This document shows positions 59,703-64,000 of a DNA stretch of 64,000 bases, piece after piece. The position numbers were made by a program, and so were the translations under genes. The notes beneath the pieces were generated by a model. It had not been told where the DNA came from. It did no database searches and saw only the letters and a program-made list of their open reading frames with translations. Location: NCBI GenBank assembly GCA_036149055.1, contig JAYZQJ010000081.1:1-64000 (forward strand), written 5' to 3'. Numbering within the stretch: position 1 is the first letter of the stretch; each line of letters starts with the position of its first letter. This DNA comes from Myxococcota bacterium. Lineage in GTDB: Bacteria; Myxococcota_A; Polyangia; Polyangiales; Sandaracinaceae.

Positions 59703-60740
59703 GTGTTCGTCTTCGGCAGCAGCGGCGCGGCGGAGCTGGTGGGCGCGCTCCTCTATCTCTTCGGCCCGGCGCTCATCGCGCTCGTGGGCAGCGCCTTCAC
59801 CGCCGCGCTCACCTCGGCGTCCATCGCGCTCCTGGTCGGCACGCTGCTGCACGCCTTCGGCCTGTCCCTCGCGTTCGGCTCCCACCGCCTCCGCCGCCCC
59901 GGGCACTGGCTCGGCCGGCCGCTGCTCTTCGCGGTGGCCACCGCGATCTTCACCCTGGCCGGGTTCGCGTCGATCGGCGTCGCGCTCGGCATCGCCACCG
60001 GGGACCGCGCCGGCTGGTGGCTGGCGATGGCGCCCGGCTCCGCCTTGCTCGCCCAGCTCGCCTCCGCCGGGGTCTGCGCGGTGTGGCTCCTCCAGCACAC
60101 CGGGGGCCTGCTCGGGGACTGGATCGAGCAGCTGCCGCTCCCGCGGACGGAGCGCTTCGAGCTGGGCTGGCGACGCACGCGGACCGCGGCCCGCTGGCTC
60201 GGCGTCACGCTCTGGCTCCTCGCGGCGCTCGCCCTCTTCGCCGCCTCCGCCTTCGGGGTGATCACGGGTCTGGCGCTGATGATCGCCGCCGACGCGGCTC
60301 GCCGCCTGCTCGCGGTCCACACCGCGCTGATGGCGCTCGGCGTCGCGGCCAGCTTCGTGGTGTTGATCCGCCAGCTCCCCCGGCTGCGCCGACCCGAGGC
60401 GGGGCGCTGGATCCCGAAGCTCCGGCTCGCGCCCGCCGCGTCCTGGCCCGGCCACGTGCTCCGCGTGCTCGCCTCCTGGCTCTCGTGGCTGATCGGCGAG
60501 GCGCTCGTCGTGCTGAGCGGCGGGCTGTGCGTGCTCGGGCCGTGGCTCGCGGCGGTCGCCCTGGCGAAGGAGGGCGACGTCCCGTTCGCGGCGGTCGGGG
60601 TGGTGATGACCCTGCTCGGCGTCGGCGGCCTCTATCTCGGCCGGGTCGGCGGCTGGCTGCGCCCGCTGCGCGGCGAGGCGCCCGAGGCCGACGAGACCGA
60701 GGCGGCGAATCTCGCCGCGCCCGCCGCCGGCGGCTTCTGA
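59703..60740 (+). CDS. Hypothetical multi-pass membrane protein
   Basis: About eight hydrophobic segments. Confidence 0.65.
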   Translation: MFVFGSSGAAELVGALLYLFGPALIALVGSAFTAALTSASIALLVGTLLHAFGLSLAFGSHRLRRPGHWLGRPLLFAVATAIFTLAGFASIGVALGIATGDRAGWWLAMAPGSALLAQLASAGVCAVWLLQHTGGLLGDWIEQLPLPRTERFELGWRRTRTAARWLGVTLWLLAALALFAASAFGVITGLALMIAADAARRLLAVHTALMALGVAASFVVLIRQLPRLRRPEAGRWIPKLRLAPAASWPGHVLRVLASWLSWLIGEALVVLSGGLCVLGPWLAAVALAKEGDVPFAAVGVVMTLLGVGGLYLGRVGGWLRPLRGEAPEADETEAANLAAPAAGGF

Positions 60741-60753
60741 TACCGTCCGGCGC

Positions 60754-61533
60754 GTGCTGGACGGAAAGCGAGTCGCGATCGTGATGCCGGGGATCGACGT
60801 CGCCGCGACGATCGAGCGCACCGTGCGCGCCATCCCCGAGGGCGTGGCCGACGAGATCCTCTTCGTGGACGACGGGAGCACCGACGACTCGGTCGCGGTG
60901 GCCCGGCGCCTCGGCTGCACCGTGGTCTCGCACGCCCGGAACCTCGGCTACGGGGCGGCGCAGAAGACCGGCTACCGCGAGGCGCTCGCGGGCGGCGCCG
61001 ACGTCGTCGTGATGGTGCACCCGGACTTCCAGTACAAGCCCGAGCTCGTCCCGGCGATGGCCGCGATGGCGGTGCACGGCGGCTACGACGTGGTGCTCGG
61101 CTCGCGCATGCTGGTCCGCGGAGCGCTCGCCGGGGGCATGCCGCGCTGGAAGTGGGTCGCGAACCGCGGGCTCACCGTCACCGAGAACCTGATGATGGGC
61201 GCGGGGCTCAGCGAGTACCACACCGGCTATCGCGCCTTCACCCGGCGCGCCCTCGAGACGCTGCCGCTCGCCGACAACCGCAACGACTTCGTCTTCGACA
61301 ACGAGACCCTCGCCCAGGCGATCTGGCTCGGCCTGCCCATCGGCGAGATCTCGTGCCCGGCGAACTACTTCGACGAGATGCAGACGATCACGTTCCTGCC
61401 CGGCATCCGCTACGGGCTCGGCTGCCTCTCCACCGCATCGCGTTTCCTCCTGCACCGCCTCGGCAAGCCGTCTTCCATGCTCGACCCCGGCGGCCGCCGC
61501 CTCGACGCCTGGACCGAGGGGCGCCGCGTGTGA
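60754..61533 (+). CDS. Glycosyltransferase family 2 (DPM1-like)
   Basis: VDDGSTD, NLGYGAAQKT, HPDFQY, VLGSR and EYHTGYRAF. Confidence 0.92.
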   Translation: MLDGKRVAIVMPGIDVAATIERTVRAIPEGVADEILFVDDGSTDDSVAVARRLGCTVVSHARNLGYGAAQKTGYREALAGGADVVVMVHPDFQYKPELVPAMAAMAVHGGYDVVLGSRMLVRGALAGGMPRWKWVANRGLTVTENLMMGAGLSEYHTGYRAFTRRALETLPLADNRNDFVFDNETLAQAIWLGLPIGEISCPANYFDEMQTITFLPGIRYGLGCLSTASRFLLHRLGKPSSMLDPGGRRLDAWTEGRRV

Positions 61534-62865
61534 TCACATGACGAACGGATAGGTGACGCGGAACGAGTCCCGGGTGAAGGCCGGGACGCGAGCCGCGCGC
61601 ACGGCGCGGGCGACGCAGGAGCGCACCGGCGGCGCGGCGTCCCCTCCGGTGGCGGCGGCGCTGCGGACCGAGCCGTCGCCGGCGAAGTGCACGGTGACGA
61701 TCACGCGCCCTCCGCCCCCCGCGCCGCAGGCCCGGACCGCCGCGCCGACCCCGTCCATCGCGCGACGCACGTCGGCGCGGGTCGGCTGCGCGGGGCGGGT
61801 CGACGGACGCTCCGGGGCGGGCCGCTCGGGGGGCGCCTCGGGGCGGCCGGCGCGTTCGATCAGCTCCTCGAAGCTCGGCTCTCCGCGGCGCGGCGTCGCC
61901 TCCGCCGCTCGGGGCGCGGGAGGCTCGACGCGCGTCCGCGGGCGCCGGCGCGGGGTCTCGGTCCGCGCGACCGGCGGCGCGCTCGGAGCGGCGGCCTCCT
62001 CGGGGGCCGGGTCGTTCGGATCCTCGACGTCGCTCGGGGCCGGCGCCTGCGCGGCGACCGACGGCGCGGGCTCGGGCGCCGCCGCTCCCGGAGCCGTCGA
62101 CGGGGCCGGCTCGTCGGCCACGACCACCGCGGGCGCGTCGACCGGCTGCGGCGCCACCCGAGGCGCGGCGGGGCGCGTCACCCACACCAGCGCGACCGCG
62201 GCGGAGGCGAGCACGCCGAGAGCGCCGACCGCGCCGAGCGCGAGCGCGACCCCGCTCGGGCCTCGCCGCGGCTCCGACCCGAGCACCGGTCCGAGCGCCG
62301 GCGCGCCGAGCTGCGCGGTCGGCGTGCCGAGCGCCAGGAGATCGTCGACCCGGTCCTCCTCCCGGCTGGCCACGGCCACCGGCGCGGCCGCGAGGGCCCG
62401 GATGTCGATGAGCCCGGAGCCCTCGGTGCGCCTCGGCGCCTCGGGCGCGGCCTTCGGCGCGAGGCTCGAGAGGTTCGAGAGCGAGAAGAGCACCGAGCTC
62501 TCGTTGCGCGCGGCGGTGAGCGACGGATCCGTCGGCTCGACGGCGGGCGCCGGCTCGCGCTCGGCGAAGAGATCGCGGCGAGGCGCCCAGTCGCCCATGC
62601 CCTCGCGCCACACGAGGGTCTCGTCGTCGATCGTGCCCTCGGCCGCCAGGCGCGCGAGCGCCTCCTCGGTCCACGGCCCCGACTGCTCGCCCCGCACGAG
62701 CGCGTACCAGCTGCCGCCGTCGCCGTCCGCGGGGGACTCCACGAGGTCGCCGCGGATCTCGATCGGCGCGCTGCACCGCTTGCACCGGATCCGGAGCGTC
62801 CGCCCCGCCACCTTCTCGTCCGCGATGGCGTACCTCGCGGCGCACGTCTCACACTGAACCTTCAT
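61534..62865 (-). CDS. GltJ/AgmX-like protein (zinc ribbon, GYF_2, TM, TonB-like C-domain)
   Basis: MKVQCETC..RIRCKRC, EQSGP..TLVWREGMGDW, RNESSVLFSL, SGLIDIRAL, TM helix, C-terminal C..C..VTYPF. Confidence 0.8.
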   Translation of the reverse strand: MKVQCETCAARYAIADEKVAGRTLRIRCKRCSAPIEIRGDLVESPADGDGGSWYALVRGEQSGPWTEEALARLAAEGTIDDETLVWREGMGDWAPRRDLFAEREPAPAVEPTDPSLTAARNESSVLFSLSNLSSLAPKAAPEAPRRTEGSGLIDIRALAAAPVAVASREEDRVDDLLALGTPTAQLGAPALGPVLGSEPRRGPSGVALALGAVGALGVLASAAVALVWVTRPAAPRVAPQPVDAPAVVVADEPAPSTAPGAAAPEPAPSVAAQAPAPSDVEDPNDPAPEEAAAPSAPPVARTETPRRRPRTRVEPPAPRAAEATPRRGEPSFEELIERAGRPEAPPERPAPERPSTRPAQPTRADVRRAMDGVGAAVRACGAGGGGRVIVTVHFAGDGSVRSAAATGGDAAPPVRSCVARAVRAARVPAFTRDSFRVTYPFVM

Positions 62866-63026
62866 CGCCTCTTCCCCCGGACGGACCACGCCGCCCGCCC
62901 CGGCCGCTCGCCGGGTCGTTCCATCGCGCTCGGGGCGGCTCGAGCCGCGCCCGTACGAGTAGAGACACGAGGCCCCCTCGAGGCTTGGGTGAAGAATCGA
63001 CGCCCCACGAGCCGCGCGGCTCGGCG

Positions 63027-64000
63027 TCACTCCGGGATGGAGGCGGGCGTGTCGTCTCGCTGCGCCCAGAGCGCGTCGACGGTGGCCGGGGGGAGCGGCT
63101 CGCTCTCGAGGGCGGGGCCGGGCGCGGGGTCGTAGGCGAGCGCCTCGACGTCGACGTCGTGGCCGAGCGCGACGAGCGAGTCGCCGGCGACCTGGCGCAC
63201 CGCCGAGTAGGGGTCCTGCGTGAGCCGGGCGAGGGCGGGGAGCAGCGTCTCCACCTCGGAGGCCTCGCGGGCCGGCGCCCAGCGGGTGTGCCACGCGGCG
63301 AGCGCGCGCTGGACTCCGTCGCCGGTCAGCATCCACACCGCGCCCGCCGGCAAGCTCTCGTGCGAGTCCATGAGCGCGGGGCGCTCCTGCCCGTACCACT
63401 CGGCGAGGTGATCCGCCGTCCAGCCGAGCGAGCGGTCGAGGTGGCAGAGGTTGCAGGCGTTCGGGCGCTGACGCCCGGCGGCGCCGCTTGCGGTCGGGCC
63501 GTCCATGCGGTGGCTGCGCGTCGCCATGAGCAGGCCGTAGCTGGTCTGCGGCATGTGGCACTGAACGCAGCGGCTCCCCTCGCTCTCGGGCGCGTGGTGC
63601 GTGTGCGCCTCGAGGTTTTCGCCCTCCTCGGCGTGGCAGCCGGTGCACATCGCGTCCGACGCCCGGGCCGGATCGACCTGCTTGTTCGGGTCGCCGTCGT
63701 GCATCGAGTGACAGCTGGTGCAGGCCATCTGGCCCTCCAGGTAGCAGCCCGAGCGGATCATCGAGGTGTACTCGCGGCCGGCGACCCGGACCGACCCGTC
63801 GCGCCAGAACGCCTCCACCGTGTCGAGCGTGTCGACGTCGAGGTGCTCGAGGCTCGCCTCGTGCGCGTGCCGGTCGGCGGTGCGGTGCACGGCGGTGACG
63901 TCGTAGACGTCTGCGAGCCGGGTGCCCGGGCGGAAGTCGACGTGATCGTCGGGCGACTCGTCGTCGGGGTAGATGGCGTGGCAGTAGCCGCAGACGCTCG
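63027..64000 (-). CDS. Multiheme c-type cytochrome, 5'-truncated by the window edge
   Basis: Five CxxCH motifs visible (CGYCH, CTSCH, CTGCH, CVQCH, CNLCH); frame open to the window end. Confidence 0.88.
   Translation of the reverse strand, partial: SVCGYCHAIYPDDESPDDHVDFRPGTRLADVYDVTAVHRTADRHAHEASLEHLDVDTLDTVEAFWRDGSVRVAGREYTSMIRSGCYLEGQMACTSCHSMHDGDPNKQVDPARASDAMCTGCHAEEGENLEAHTHHAPESEGSRCVQCHMPQTSYGLLMATRSHRMDGPTASGAAGRQRPNACNLCHLDRSLGWTADHLAEWYGQERPALMDSHESLPAGAVWMLTGDGVQRALAAWHTRWAPAREASEVETLLPALARLTQDPYSAVRQVAGDSLVALGHDVDVEALAYDPAPGPALESEPLPPATVDALWAQRDDTPASIPE

Overview
A very GC-rich chromosomal window that reads as myxobacterial (Polyangiia/Sandaracinaceae-like; inferred from five Hanks-type Ser/Thr kinases, many DAG-linker lipoproteins, and GltC-like and GltJ/AgmX-like genes). 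It holds about 63 CDS: a urease cluster (ureABC-EFG plus a nickel permease), a CocE/NonD and ATP-grasp pair, DNA-repair genes, an orphan SMC-like ATPase of the ABC-3C/Lamassu LmuB type, a dispersed pentose pathway (sugar ABC transporter, fucose-isomerase-like enzyme, FGGY pentulose kinase), a four-gene two-component cluster and a truncated multiheme cytochrome. I saw no rRNA, tRNA, CRISPR array or transposase. Best candidates for undescribed systems: (1) a probable sigma54-driven operon of two tandem Cys-rich lipopeptides with an invariant C-terminal GPLTPPSAPV tail, followed by a ferritin-like di-iron protein (49025-50666); (2) an ECF sigma factor coupled to a membrane-anchored anti-sigma-like protein whose outer domain looks like the gliding protein GltC (42101-44694). 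Also notable are a 31-bp-arm AT-rich inverted repeat, a catalytically dead trypsin homologue, paired NarL-type boxes and widespread signs of leaderless transcription. All family calls come from motif recognition by eye; no database search was run.
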